The notes below the pieces were generated by a model, which did not search any database, was not told where the DNA came from, and saw only the letters and a program-made list of their open reading frames with translations. From assembly GCA_030390025.1 (NCBI GenBank), contig CM059433.1:12464001-12528000 (forward strand): a DNA stretch of 64,000 nt, written 5' to 3'. Of the stretch, positions 25,108-36,075 are shown piece by piece (the stretch's first letter is position 1; each line of letters begins with the position of its first letter). The position numbers were made by a program, and so were the translations under genes. The stretch is from Squalus acanthias (taxonomy: Eukaryota).

Positions 25108-25999
25108 GGGGGAAAAATTCAGTTGCTTTGCGCCTCCCGTTAGCGCCCTAAGGGGGCGCTAATGGGGCGCAAAGCAACTAGCGCCCCGACGCGGCGATGT
25201 TTTCACCGCTCGTGAAATTGACCAGACATTTTGCGGCGGCGCTAAACACTACCGCCACGATCTCCTGCACCCGCAGATCGTGATGTCAGTCGAGCGTGCA
25301 ACGCCCCGGTAGCACCCCAGACTGGATATTGAGTGGCGCCCCCTACCTTACCACCTGCAGCTAGCAACGACAGGTTGAGGGGAGCGTTTTGCAGTCAGGA
25401 AGGGACTGGTGGAGCGCTATTTAAAGGCGACCGCTTCCTGCCTTTTTTTGTCAGTGACATTTTTGCACCACACATTCTGAGAGAGAGAGAGAGACTTCTG
25501 GAGAGATTCAACGCTGTGTGAAGGAGTTTTGGGTACTGAGCAGCACTTTGCAGGTTCATTTTGATTTGACCTTCCTTGCATCGATTTAGAAGAGACTGTG
25601 GGGGCTGCACTCTGAGCTCTTTCCCTGGGTCTCTCCATTGTTCTTTCCAGCATATTTGATGTACAGGTCTCTCCAGGCCGAGATTCAAGGCTGCAATGAG
25701 CAGGGTGTGGATGGAGAGCAAGATCAACCCTCCCCTTTAAGAACTGGCTGGCGCCAGTGTTTCTATGTTCCATTGCTGATTGACATCACATGAGCTTCGC
25801 CAGCACTCTGAGGTAGCGCCTCGCTCCTCGGCGTTAGTGCCTTAAGAGAGGTGTGTAACGCCTGATTTAGCGCTCCAATCACCTCCATGGGCGATAGAAG
25901 CCAAGTTCGCAGTCGGAGGCGATAATTAGTGCCAGGTGCTAAACTTTGCACCCGGCCGATAATTGCGCCCCAAACGGGGCGATACCGAATTTCTCCCCC
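25108..25999. mobile_element. Harbinger MITE, 892 bp (copy 1)
   Basis: TIRs GGGGGAAAAATTC / GAATTTCTCCCCC, ACA TSD; highly similar to 39504-40398. Confidence 0.92.
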
Positions 26000-26004
26000 A
26001 CAGA

Positions 26005-26039
26005 GTTAACGTTTCAGGTCGATGACCCTTCGTCAGAAC
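26005..26039 (-). ncRNA. Minimal type I hammerhead ribozyme motif (PLE family B)
   Basis: rc GTT-CTGACGA-A-GGGTC atc GACCT-GAAACGT-T-AAC; stem I is only 3 bp in this copy. Confidence 0.65.
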
Positions 26040-26197
26040 AAGTAGAGGGTTACATGTCCTCACACTGTGCATTAAAAATATGCACAGTCAGGTTGATTCA
26101 ATATTTAAAGAAATTCTACTTTAACAAAACACCATGTGGGATAACATAAAAGCAGTTCCAACAGATTAGAATTAAAATGTTACAAATGGATTAAAAA

Positions 26198-26400
26198 TGG
26201 AATGCACTGCCTGAAAGGGTGGTAGAAGCAGATTCAATAGTAACTTTCAAAGGGGAATTGGATATTTACTTGGAAAGGAAAAATATGCAGGGCTGTGGGG
26301 AAAGAGCAGAGCAGTGGGATTAACTGGATTGCTCTTTCAAAGAGCCAACATGGTGATGATGGGCTGAATGGCCTCCTGTGCTGTAAGATTCAACGATTCT
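26198..26400 (+). mobile_element. CR1 3' end
   Basis: WNALPERVVEADSIVTFKGELD plus 3'UTR. Confidence 0.8.
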
Positions 26401-26417
26401 ATTAATAACAGAAAAAT

Positions 26418-26610
26418 AAATGAGAAGTCGCACAACACCAGGTTATAGTCCAACAGTTTTATTTGAAATCACAAGCTTTCGGAGCTTTACCCGACGAAGG
26501 AGCAGCGCTCCGAAAGCTTGTGATTTCAAATAAAACTGTTGGACTATAACCTGGTGTTGTGCGACTTCTCATTTTTGTCCACCCCAGTCCAACACCGGCA
26601 TCTCCGCATC
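26418..26610. mobile_element. ~190-bp palindromic mini-PLE (family A) with a central hammerhead remnant
   Basis: ~68-bp inverted arms around ccgacgaaggagcagcgctccgaaagctt; acagaaaaataaatg repeated at 26408-26422 and 26611-26625; terminus matches that of the 33828 PLE. Confidence 0.85.
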
Positions 26611-26693
26611 ACAGAAAAATAAATGTGGAGATCAGAATAATTTATTGAGATTAAGTAATGTAAAAGGTGACTTAGGAAGTGAAATCTTACATT

Positions 26694-27157
26694 CTGTGGC
26701 TCAGTGGGCAGCACACTTGCCTCTGAGTCAGAAGGTTGTGGGTTCAAGTCCCACTCCAGGGACTTGAGCACATAAATCGAGGCTGACACTCCCAGTGCAG
26801 TGCTGAGGGAGTGCTGCACTGTCGGAGGTGGCGTCTTTCGGATGAGACGTTAAACTGAGGCTCTGCCTGCTCTCTCGGGTGGACGTAAAAGATCCCATGG
26901 CCACTATTTCGAAGAAGAGCAGGGGAGTTATCCCCGGTGTCCCTGGCCAATATTTATCCCTCAATCAACAAAACAAAAACAGATTATCTGGTCATTATCA
27001 CACTGCTGTTTGTGGGAGCTTGCTGTACGCAAATTGGCTGCCGCGTTTCCCACATTACAACAGTGACGACACTTCAAAAGTACTTCATTGGCTGTAAAGC
27101 GCTTTGAGACGTCCGGTGGTCGTGAAAGGCGCTATACAAATGCAAGTCTTTCTTTTT
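26694..27157 (+). mobile_element. tRNA-derived Deu-domain SINE (SacSINE1/AmnSINE-like), near full length
   Basis: A box gtggctcagtgg, B box ggttcaagtcc, core ctttcggatgagacgttaaac..aaagatcccatggccactatttcgaagaagagcaggggag, tail gaaaggcgctatacaaatgcaagt. Family name recalled, not searched. Confidence 0.75.
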
Positions 27158-29100
27158 ACTGACCCTACAGTAGAGCAGTATCAGTTTGAAGCACACAGCG
27201 AACTGTATTAAACCAAGGGGTCAGCGTACAGAGATTTACAGTATGTACCTTCAATGAACAGGTGCCTACTATCCAACATACATGAGCATCCATATCTTAG
27301 AGTGAGGGCACAAAGTATTCAAATTATGTCTGGGCAAGTAATAGTGCTGTTTTTCTAAAAAAAAAATTCAGACCCTTCCGAATAAAATGTCTTTTATTTT
27401 GGGGAGAAAATGGTATTGTAAATGAGACGTAGAATTGACAATAGAAAAAAAGAATGTGCCAAATGCATGTAATTTTTTTTCCTTTGTGGTTGATATTTAT
27501 TAAATTTGAGCATCTTTCCATTATGGTGGTGTGCTTTCCCAGTTAATATAAGTAATAATTTCTGGCAACCTGAGGGGGCTTGAGCAGCAGAACTTTTGGT
27601 GCGCTCTGACATCTCTATGCGCTATCAATTATTATATAGTTAATGTCTAGAGCCGCACTTCATTGTGCTTTCCGAGGACAAATCGCAGGCTGGGAGAAAT
27701 CCATTCACAGCTGTTTAATTAAGGAAAACTATAGGTTACAAGACAATACATTAAGAACAGAGCGTTAAATGCATTTCTCCTATCCTTAGGCACAATGCCA
27801 CTAACATGAAGAAAGCTGGGTTTTTTTAAAAACTGAATGGGAACAGCCTTCTTGTATTTCGCAGACTGTTCTCAGCCGAATTACGAATTGCTGCGTGAAG
27901 ATATTTTGTGGGGAGGGGAGTTTCAAGGCAAATACAATTTTTGTACCCGTGGAAAAAAAAAAGGATCACAGCAGGTGTGTACAGTGAATGCAGACCGCTT
28001 GGCGCACGGGTCCCTTTGTGTAGCCTCAGCAGAGGTGTGGCTGCATACTGCAGAACAGCTGTTTGCTTAATAATGTGCCACCGTCCATCAGTTGTGAGGA
28101 TTAGCTATATTTAAAGAGAGTTATTGGATTGCATATTGAAAGCAGGTGAAACAGCCATCTGCACACTTTCTGCAGGAAAACGTATATAGCCTGTATGAAT
28201 TAAAGGTTCTGTGATGGTTCAGATTCAGAAAATCGTGGGGGGAAAATGTAGCAAGTAAAACACAGTGCACGTTCACAGGAAGAGACCATAAACGCTGCAA
28301 AGGAAACTTTCTCATAGATCTGTTCCTTTAATTGGTTTTTAGTTGATTAATCAGTAATGATATCAGGGACTCACTCCCGTGTTAAATAGAAATCTCTATA
28401 ATTTGAATGTAATGATGCTCAATCTTACTGCAATTTTGTGCTTTTTGATTTGCTCAGATTTCTAAAATTGCCGTTGTACAATTATTTGGAGGAATATTAT
28501 TTACTGTGTACACTTGCTGTATTACTTAACACATAAGTGCCCAGTTTATTACTTATTATGCTGGAACAGAACAGTGCTCATAAACAATTTGTTTCACCAA
28601 TCTAGGCTCATTGTCGGTGCAGTATAGAGGTTGCTGATACTGGGATCATGTCAGCTGATTTTTTTTTTACTGCTAATTAATTCACCTTTGCCAACTAATT
28701 TTAATTGGTTTTTTTTCTCCCAAATAACCTCACTGTTTTTATCATCATCTGAAAGCTATATATAGTTGGTTAAGTCAGAGTATATGTAGAGTCACACACC
28801 ATTCACAAGTGTGTATATTTTACAGCTTCCCTTCCTTCCCACCTCAGGAATTCCATCTGTGAGAGAACCAGCTGCCCAAATACCACAATAAGCCTCCAGA
28901 TATAGTGTCACTAACACTGCCACTCATACTCAGTGGCCACTATGTCTTTATCCTGCCTCCCCCTCCTGTTTTGGCCTGCAGCCACTTGCCAAGGAGAAAC
29001 GCCAACCGTGCTTATGTGTAGTGCTGTTTAAATTTGCAGCTGTTTACAAGCCAACCTCTATTTTTTATATATATATATATGTGAATTTTGTGTGCCTTTA

Positions 29101-29619
29101 CATAAAAACAAAAGAACATAAGAAATAGGAGCAGGAGTAGGCCATTTGGCCCTTCGAGCCTGCTCCGCCATTCAATAAGATCAAGGCTGATCTTCTACCT
29201 CATCTCCACCTTCCTGAACTATCCTCATATCCCTTAATTCCCTTAATATTCAAAAATCTATCGATCTGTCTTGAATATATTCAACGACTGAGCCTCCACA
29301 GCCCTCTGGGGTAGAGAATTCCAAAGATTCACCACCCTCTGAGTGAAGAAATTTCTCCTCATCTCAGTCCTAAATGGCCGACCCCTTATTCTGAGACTAT
29401 GACCCCTGGTTCTAGACTTCCCAGCCAGGGGAAACATCCTCCCTGCATCTACCCTGTCAAGCCCTGTAAAAATTTTGTATGTTTCAATGAGATCACCTCT
29501 CATTCTTCTAAACTCTAGAGAATATAGGCCGAGTCTATTCAATCTCTCCTTGCACTCCTTCTATGGCAAGTATATACTGCCTTAGGTAAGGAGACCAAAA
29601 CTGTACACTAAAACTCTAG
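29101..29619 (-). mobile_element. CR1 3' end that hosts the nested stack; continues at 36340-36370
   Basis: ORF 29258-29542; gaccaaaactgtacac..ctctag|...|caggtgtggtctcacc rejoins to CR1 sequence. Confidence 0.85.
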
Positions 29620-29872
29620 GGGGGCTAAATTCGGTTGATTTCCTAAGGGGACGCTAATGGGGCGCAAATCAACTAGCGCCTGGACGCGGCGCCGCTAACA
29701 CCTCCCGCGAAATTCAGCGGGAGGTTGGCGGCAGCGCTAACCGTTAGTGCGGCGCGGTGCTGCGCCGCCGGCGATGAAGTCATCGCCGTCCGCAGCGCCC
29801 CACTCACGCCCCGGCTGTAACATTGGGTGGTGCCCCCCGGCTTACCACCGGATGCTATGTCCGCCGGGGTCA

Positions 29873-32800
29873 TAGAGTCATATACAGTCATACAGTCATA
29901 CAGCACAGAAAGAGGCCCTTCGGCCCTTCGTGTCCGCGCCGGCCATCAAGCCTGATCTATTCTAATCCCATTTTCCAGCACTTGGTCCGTAGCCTTGTAT
30001 GCGATGGCATTTCAAGTGCTCATCTAAATGCTTCTTGAATGTTGTGAGGGTTCCTGCCTCTACCACCCTTTCAGGCACTGAGTTCCAGATTCCAACCACC
30101 CTCTGGGTGAAAAAGTTTTTCCTCCAATCCCCTCTAAACCTCCTGCCCCTTACCTTGAAACTATGCCCCCTGGTTATTGACCCCTCTACTAAGAGGAAAA
30201 GTTCCTTTCTATCTACCCTATCTATGCCCCTCATAATTTTGTACACCTCAATCAGGTTCCCCCTCAGCCTTCTCTGCTCTAAGGAAAACAAACCCAGCCT
30301 GTCCAGTCTCTCTTCATAGCTGAAGCGCTGCAGCCCAGGTAACATCCTGGTGAATCTCCTCTGCACGCTATCCAATGCAATCACATCCTTCCTATAGTGT
30401 GGCGACCAGAACTGCACACAGTATTCCAGCTGTGGCCTAACTAGCGTTTTGTACAGCTCCATCATAACCTCCCTGCTCTTATATTCTATGCCTCGGCTAA
30501 TGAAGGCAAGTATCCCATATGCTTTCTTAACCACCTTATCTACTTGTCCTACTGCCTTCAGGGACCTATCTACATGCACACCAAGGTCCCTCTGATCCTC
30601 TGTCCTTCCTAGGGTCTTACCATTCATTGTGTATTCCCATGCCTTGTTAGTCCTCCCAAAATGCATCACCTCACACTTTTCAGGGTTAAATTCCATTTGC
30701 CACTGTTCTGCCCATCTAACCAACCCGTCTATATCGTCCTGTAGCCCGAGGCTTCCCTCCTCGCTATTTACCACTCCACCAATTTTCGTGTCATCTGCGA
30801 ACTTACTGATCATACCTCCTGCATTCATATCTAAATCATTAATGTACACTACAAACAGCAAAGGACCCAGCACCGATCTCTGCGGTACACCACTGGACAC
30901 AGGCTTCCAGTCACAAAAACAACCTTAGACCATCACCCTCTGCCTCCTGCCACTAAGCCAATTTTGGATCCAATGTGCCAAATTGCCCTGGATCCCATGG
31001 GCTTTTACCTTCTTGACCAGTCTCCTATGTGAGACTTTGTCAAAAGCCTTACTGAAGTCCATGTAGACTACATCAACTGCACTACCCTCATCCACACACC
31101 TAGTCACCCCCTCAAAAAATTCAATCAAATTGGTCAGACATGATCTCCCCCTGACAAAGCCATGCTGACTATCCCTGATTAATTCCTGCCTCTCCAAGTG
31201 GAGACTAATTCTGTCCCTCAGAATTTTTTCCAATATTTTCCCTACCACTGATGTTAGGCTCACTGGCCTGTAATTCCCTGGTTTATCCCTACTACCCTTC
31301 TTGAACAATGGTACTACGTTAGCTGTTCTCCAGTCCTCTGGCACCTCCCCTGTGGCCAGAGAGGTTCTGAAAATTTGTGTCAGAGCCCCTGCAATCTCCC
31401 CCCTTGCCTCACACAGCAGCCTGGGATACATCCTGTCAGGGCCTGGGGATTTATCCACTTTTAAGCCCACTAAAACCGCTAGTACCTCCTCCCTCTCAAT
31501 ACTAATTTGTTCAAGTATATCACAATCCCCCTGCCTGATTTCTATGCCTACATCGTCCTTCTCCATAGTGAACACAGATGCAAAATATTCATTTAAAACC
31601 TCACCTACATCTTCCGGCTCTACACACATATTGCCACTTTGGTCCCTAATGGGCCCTACTCTTTCCTTGGTTATCCTCTTGCCCTTAATATACTTATAAA
31701 ACACCTTGGGATTTTCCTTTATTTTGCTCGCCAGTGTTTTTTCATGCCCCATCTTCGCTCTCCTAATTTCTTTTTTAAGTACCCCCCTGCACTTTCCATA
31801 CTCCTCTCGGGCTTCCACTGTTTTTAGTCCTTTGTATCTGCCAAAAGCCTCCCTTTTTTTCCTAATCCATTCTTGTATATCCCTTGACATCCAGGGTTCC
31901 CTGGACTTGTTGGTCCCACCCTTGACCTTTACGGGAACATGTTGGCGCTGTACTCACTCTATTTCCTTTCTGAATGACTCCCACTGCTCTGATGTGGATT
32001 TTCCTACAAGTAGCTGATCCCAGTCCACTTTGGCCAGATCCTGCCTTATCATATTAAAATCGGCCTTCCCCCAATTTGGAACCTTTATTTCCAGTCCATC
32101 TTTGTCCTTTTCCATGACTACCTTAAATCTCACCGAATTATGGTCACTGTCACCAAAATGCTCTCCTACTGACACTTCTACCACTTGCCCGGCTACATTC
32201 CCTAGAATTCGGTCCAGTACCACCCCCTCTCTTGTAGGACTTTCTACATGCTGGCTCAAAAAGCTCTCCTGGATGCACTTTAAGAATTCCGCACCCTCTA
32301 AGCCTTTCACACTCTGACTATCCCAGTTAATATTGGGGAAGTTGAAATACCCTACTATTATTACTCTATTATTCTCTGAGATTTGCCTACATATCTGTTC
32401 CTCTATCTCCCCCTGACTGTTTGGGGGCCTACAGTACACTCCCAGCAAAGTGCTTGCCCCCTTTTTGTTTTTAAGTTCTACCCATATGGCCTCATTAGAG
32501 GAACCTGCTAAGATATCGTCCCTCCTTACTGCAGTAATTGACTCCTTGATTAATATTGCAACACCCCCTCCTCTTTTACACCCCCCTCTGTCTCGCCTGA
32601 AGATTCTATACCCCGGAATATTGAGCTGCCAGTCCTGCCCCTCCCTCAACCATGTCTCTGTGAGAGCAACAATATCATACTCCCATGTGTTCATCAACAC
32701 CTTCAATTCATCTGCCTTACTCGCAAGACTCCTTGCATTAAAATAAATGCCATCCAGCCTTGCCATACTCCCTTGTGCCTTTACATATTTGCTCTGCCTT

Positions 32801-33634
32801 CCAGACTGACTTGCTTTTTCCTCTATATTTGGCTGTGCATCACCCCCTACTATAGCTCCACTCCGTATCCCATCCCCCTGCCAAGTTAGTTTAAACCCCC
32901 CCCCCCCCCCAACAGCACTAGCAAACCTCCCCGCAAGGATGTTGGTCCCGTTCCGGTTCAAGTGCAACCCGTCCGACTTGTACAGGTCCCACCTTCCCCA
33001 GAAACAGACCCAGTGATCCAGGAAACTAAAGCCCTCCCTCCTGCACCAACTCTTTAGCCACACATTCATCTGCTCTATCCTCCTATTTCTATACTCACTA
33101 GCACGTGGGACCGGGAGTAATCCAGAGATTATAACCTTTGAGGTCCTGCTTTTTAATCTGCTACCTAGCTCCCTAAATTCTTGTTGCAGGACCTCATCCC
33201 TCTTTCTACCTATGTCATTGGTACCAATGTGAACCACAACCTCTGACTATTCGCCCATGCCCTTCAGAATGCCCTGCAGCCGTTCAGTGACATCCTTGAC
33301 CCTGGCACCAGGGAGGCAACATACCATCCTGGAGTCACGTCTGCGGCCGCAGAAACGCCTGTCTGCACCCCTCACTATTGAGTCTCCTACCACTATTGCC
33401 CTTCCACTCTTACTCCTCCCCCCTTGTGCAGCTGAGCCACCCACAGTGCCGTGAACTTGGCTCTGGCTGCACTCCCCAGAGGAACCGTCACTTTCACCGT
33501 TTTCCAACACAGAAAAACGGTTGTTGAGTGAGATGCACTCTGGGGCTTTCCTGACTACCTGCCTGCCCCCCTTCTTCTGACTGGTGGTCTCCCATTCCCT
33601 CTCTGACTGCACTTTCTTAAGCTGTGGGGTGACC
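29873..33634 (-). mobile_element. Near-complete young CR1 LINE, 5'-truncated within ORF1
   Basis: ORF1 SGNH esterase (IVVGDSIVRG, HIGTNDI, DGLHLN); APE (NARSL, LTETWL, DSDH); RT (QHGF, FADDTK); (ctgtatga)n tail; gggtca direct repeat on both flanks. Confidence 0.95.
29962..33612 (-). pseudogene. CR1 ORF1+ORF2 reading frame, 1217 codons in one frame with 3 premature stops
   Basis: Track ORFs starting at 33612, 33237, 31890 and 30900 share one frame; stops at 33247, 31954 and 30925. Confidence 0.9.
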
Positions 33635-33920
33635 GGGTCAAGGGGGCCTACCTGCGGCCGGGGCGGCGCTAGTTAAAGGGGAGGTGGCGGGTGGCCATTT
33701 TTGTTGCTGGCCACCTGCCAGCACCTGCCCCCGTTCCTGTCCCCGGCCCCCGTGAAGTCCCCCCCGCGGGGTGCCGGCTGCTCTCCGTGAGCCCGGCACT
33801 CCTCTTGAGTGCACTTTAATAAGGGGACGTGATGATGTGGAGATGCCGGCGTTGGACTGGGGTGGACAAAAATGAGAAGTCGCACAACACCAGGTTATAG
33901 TCCAACAGATTTATTTAATT

Positions 33921-33959
33921 TTACAAGCTTTCGGAACAGTTCGCTCCTTCGTCAGGTAA
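33921..33959 (-). ncRNA. Minimal type I hammerhead ribozyme motif (PLE family A)
   Basis: rc TTAC-CTGACGA-A-GGAGCG aac TGTTCC-GAAAGCT-T-GTAA. Confidence 0.8.
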
Positions 33960-34797
33960 GTTAGCAGTGAGAGAATCTCCCAGAATTCACAATTTAAACA
34001 CAGACAAAATATATTCAAATCTTTCCCTACATCAAAGAGCACAGACAAGACAATGAGATGTGTCCCAGGGGGTCCAACGTGTCAAACCACCTGCTGGCTG
34101 CATATCCTGTCACTCTGTGTAGGTTCTTGTGTTAGTCTTTTTAAAAAAAAAAACCCCTGGGAAGACCGGCCATGATGTCAAGTCACGTTCTGTATCGTGA
34201 CATGAACCCGATATCGCGATTGAGGCCATCCTCATGAGTGCGGAACTTGGCTATCAGTTTCTGCTCTATGATTTTGCGCTGTCGTGTATCTCGAAGGCCG
34301 CCTTGGAGAACGCTTACCCGCATATCCGAGGCTGCATGCCCCTGGCTGCTGAAGTGTTCCCCGACTGGGAGGCAACCCTCCTGCCTGGCGATTGTTGCGC
34401 GGTGTCCGTTCATACGTTGTCTCAGTGTCTGCATGGTCTCGCCGATGTACCATGCTCTGGAGCATCCTTTACTGCAACGTATCAGGTAGACAACGTTGGC
34501 CGAGTCACATGAGTATGTACCGTGTACCTGGTGGGTAGTGTCCTCACGTGTGATGATGGTATCTGTGTCCATGATTTGGCATGTCTTGCAGAGGTTGCCG
34601 TGGCAGGGTTGTGTGGTGTCTTGGTTGCTGTTCTCCTGAAAGATGGGTAATCTGCTGCGAACGATGGTACTTTTGAGGTTAGGCGGCTGCTTGAAGGTGA
34701 GTAGTGGAGGCGTGGGGATGGCCTTAGCAAGGTGTTCGTCGTCATCGGGGATGGCTTCTTTAACATGGTTAGGGTGGAAGCTGGAGAAGTGGAGGAG

Positions 34798-35814
34798 AAC
34801 AGGTTCCATCCCACCATCAAACTCACCATGGACTACTCCTCAGAATCGGTTTCATTCTTGGACACACGAATCTCCATCAAAGACGGACGCCTCAGCACTT
34901 CACTCTACCGCAAGCCCACGGACAACCTCACGATGCTCCACTTCTCCAGCTTCCACCCTAACCACGTTAAAGAAGCCATCCCCTATGGACAAGCCCTGCG
35001 AATACACAGGATCTGCTCAGACGAGGAGGAACGCGATGGACACCTACGGACACTGAAAGACGCCCTCGTAAGAACGGGATATGACGCTCGACTCGTCGAT
35101 CGACAGTTCCGACGGGCCACAGCGAAAAACCGCATAGACCTCCTCAGAAGACGAACACGGGACACAACCAACAGAGTACCCTACGTCGTCCAGTACTTCC
35201 CCGGAGCGGAAAAACTACGCCATGTTCTTCGCAGCCTTCAACATGTCATCGATGACGACGAACACCTTGCTAAGGCCATCCCCACGCCTCCACTACTCGC
35301 CTTCAAGCAGCCGCCTAACCTCAAAAGTACCATCGTTCGCAGCAGATTACCCATCTTTCAGGAGAACAGCAACCAAGACACCACACAACCCTGCCACGGC
35401 AACCTCTGCAAGACATGCCAAATCATGGACACAGATACCATCATCACACGTGAGGACACTACCCACCAGGTACACGGTACATACTCATGTGACTCGGCCA
35501 ACGTTGTCTACCTGATACGTTGCAGTAAAGGATGCTCCAGAGCATGGTACATCGGCGAGACCATGCAGACACTGAGACAACGTATGAACGGACACCGCGC
35601 AACAATCGCCAGGCAGGAGGGTTGCCTCCCAGTCGGGGAACACTTCAGCAGCCAGGGGCATGCAGCCTCGGATATGCGGGTAAGCGTTCTCCAAGGCGGC
35701 CTTCGAGATACACGACAGCGCAAAATCATAGAGCAGAAACTGATAGCCAAGTTCCGCACTCATGAGGATGGCCTCAATCGCGATATCGGGTTCATGTCAC
35801 GATACAGAACGTGA
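34798..35814 (+). CDS. PLE polyprotein C-terminal part: RT C-terminus/thumb, Cys linker, GIY-YIG endonuclease (no native start)
   Basis: FHPTIKLT..VSFLDT..LYRKPTD..SSFHP..IPYGQALRIHRICS; PCHGNLCKTC linker; NVVYLIRC..WYIGET..LRQRMNGH..DGLN. Uninterrupted. Confidence 0.92.
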   Translation, partial: NRFHPTIKLTMDYSSESVSFLDTRISIKDGRLSTSLYRKPTDNLTMLHFSSFHPNHVKEAIPYGQALRIHRICSDEEERDGHLRTLKDALVRTGYDARLVDRQFRRATAKNRIDLLRRRTRDTTNRVPYVVQYFPGAEKLRHVLRSLQHVIDDDEHLAKAIPTPPLLAFKQPPNLKSTIVRSRLPIFQENSNQDTTQPCHGNLCKTCQIMDTDTIITREDTTHQVHGTYSCDSANVVYLIRCSKGCSRAWYIGETMQTLRQRMNGHRATIARQEGCLPVGEHFSSQGHAASDMRVSVLQGGLRDTRQRKIIEQKLIAKFRTHEDGLNRDIGFMSRYRT

Positions 35815-36036
35815 CTTGACATCATGGCCGGTCTTCCCAGGGTTTTTTTTTTTAAAAAGACTAACACAAGAACCTACACAGAGTGACAGGATATGCAGCC
35901 AGCAGGTGGTTTGACACGTTGGACCCCCTGGGACACATCTCATTGTCTTGTCTGTGCTCTTTGATGTAGGGAAAGATTTGAATATATTTTGTCTGTGTTT
36001 AAATTGTGAATTCTGGGAGATTCTCTCACTGCTAAC

Positions 36037-36075
36037 TTACCTGACGAAGGAGCAAACTGTTCCGAAAGCTTGTAA
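36037..36075 (+). ncRNA. Minimal type I hammerhead ribozyme motif (PLE family A)
   Basis: TTAC-CTGACGA-A-GGAGCA aac TGTTCC-GAAAGCT-T-GTAA: stem I TTAC/GTAA, 6-bp stem II, palindromic AGCT in place of stem III. Confidence 0.82.

Larger units (their letters stand above)
25017..26039 (-). mobile_element. Short PLE pLTR (family B) split by a Harbinger MITE
   Basis: gagaaaca|MITE|acagagttaacgtttcagg rejoins to the family consensus; agaacaag direct repeat at 25009-25016 and 26035-26042. Confidence 0.8.

Noticed and set aside
26694..26765. tRNA genes (also 3350-3420, 14710-14782, 44515-44585)
   Set aside because: These are tRNA-derived SINE heads continuous with SINE bodies.
34183..34809. Second GIY-YIG gene
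   Set aside because: Inverted duplicate of the same PLE with an internal deletion, not an independent gene.
35812..36040. Selenocysteine/SECIS as described for some PLE clades
   Set aside because: No internal in-frame TGA in the ORF and no SECIS-like structure recognised; the terminal TGA follows the normal GLN C-terminal motif.
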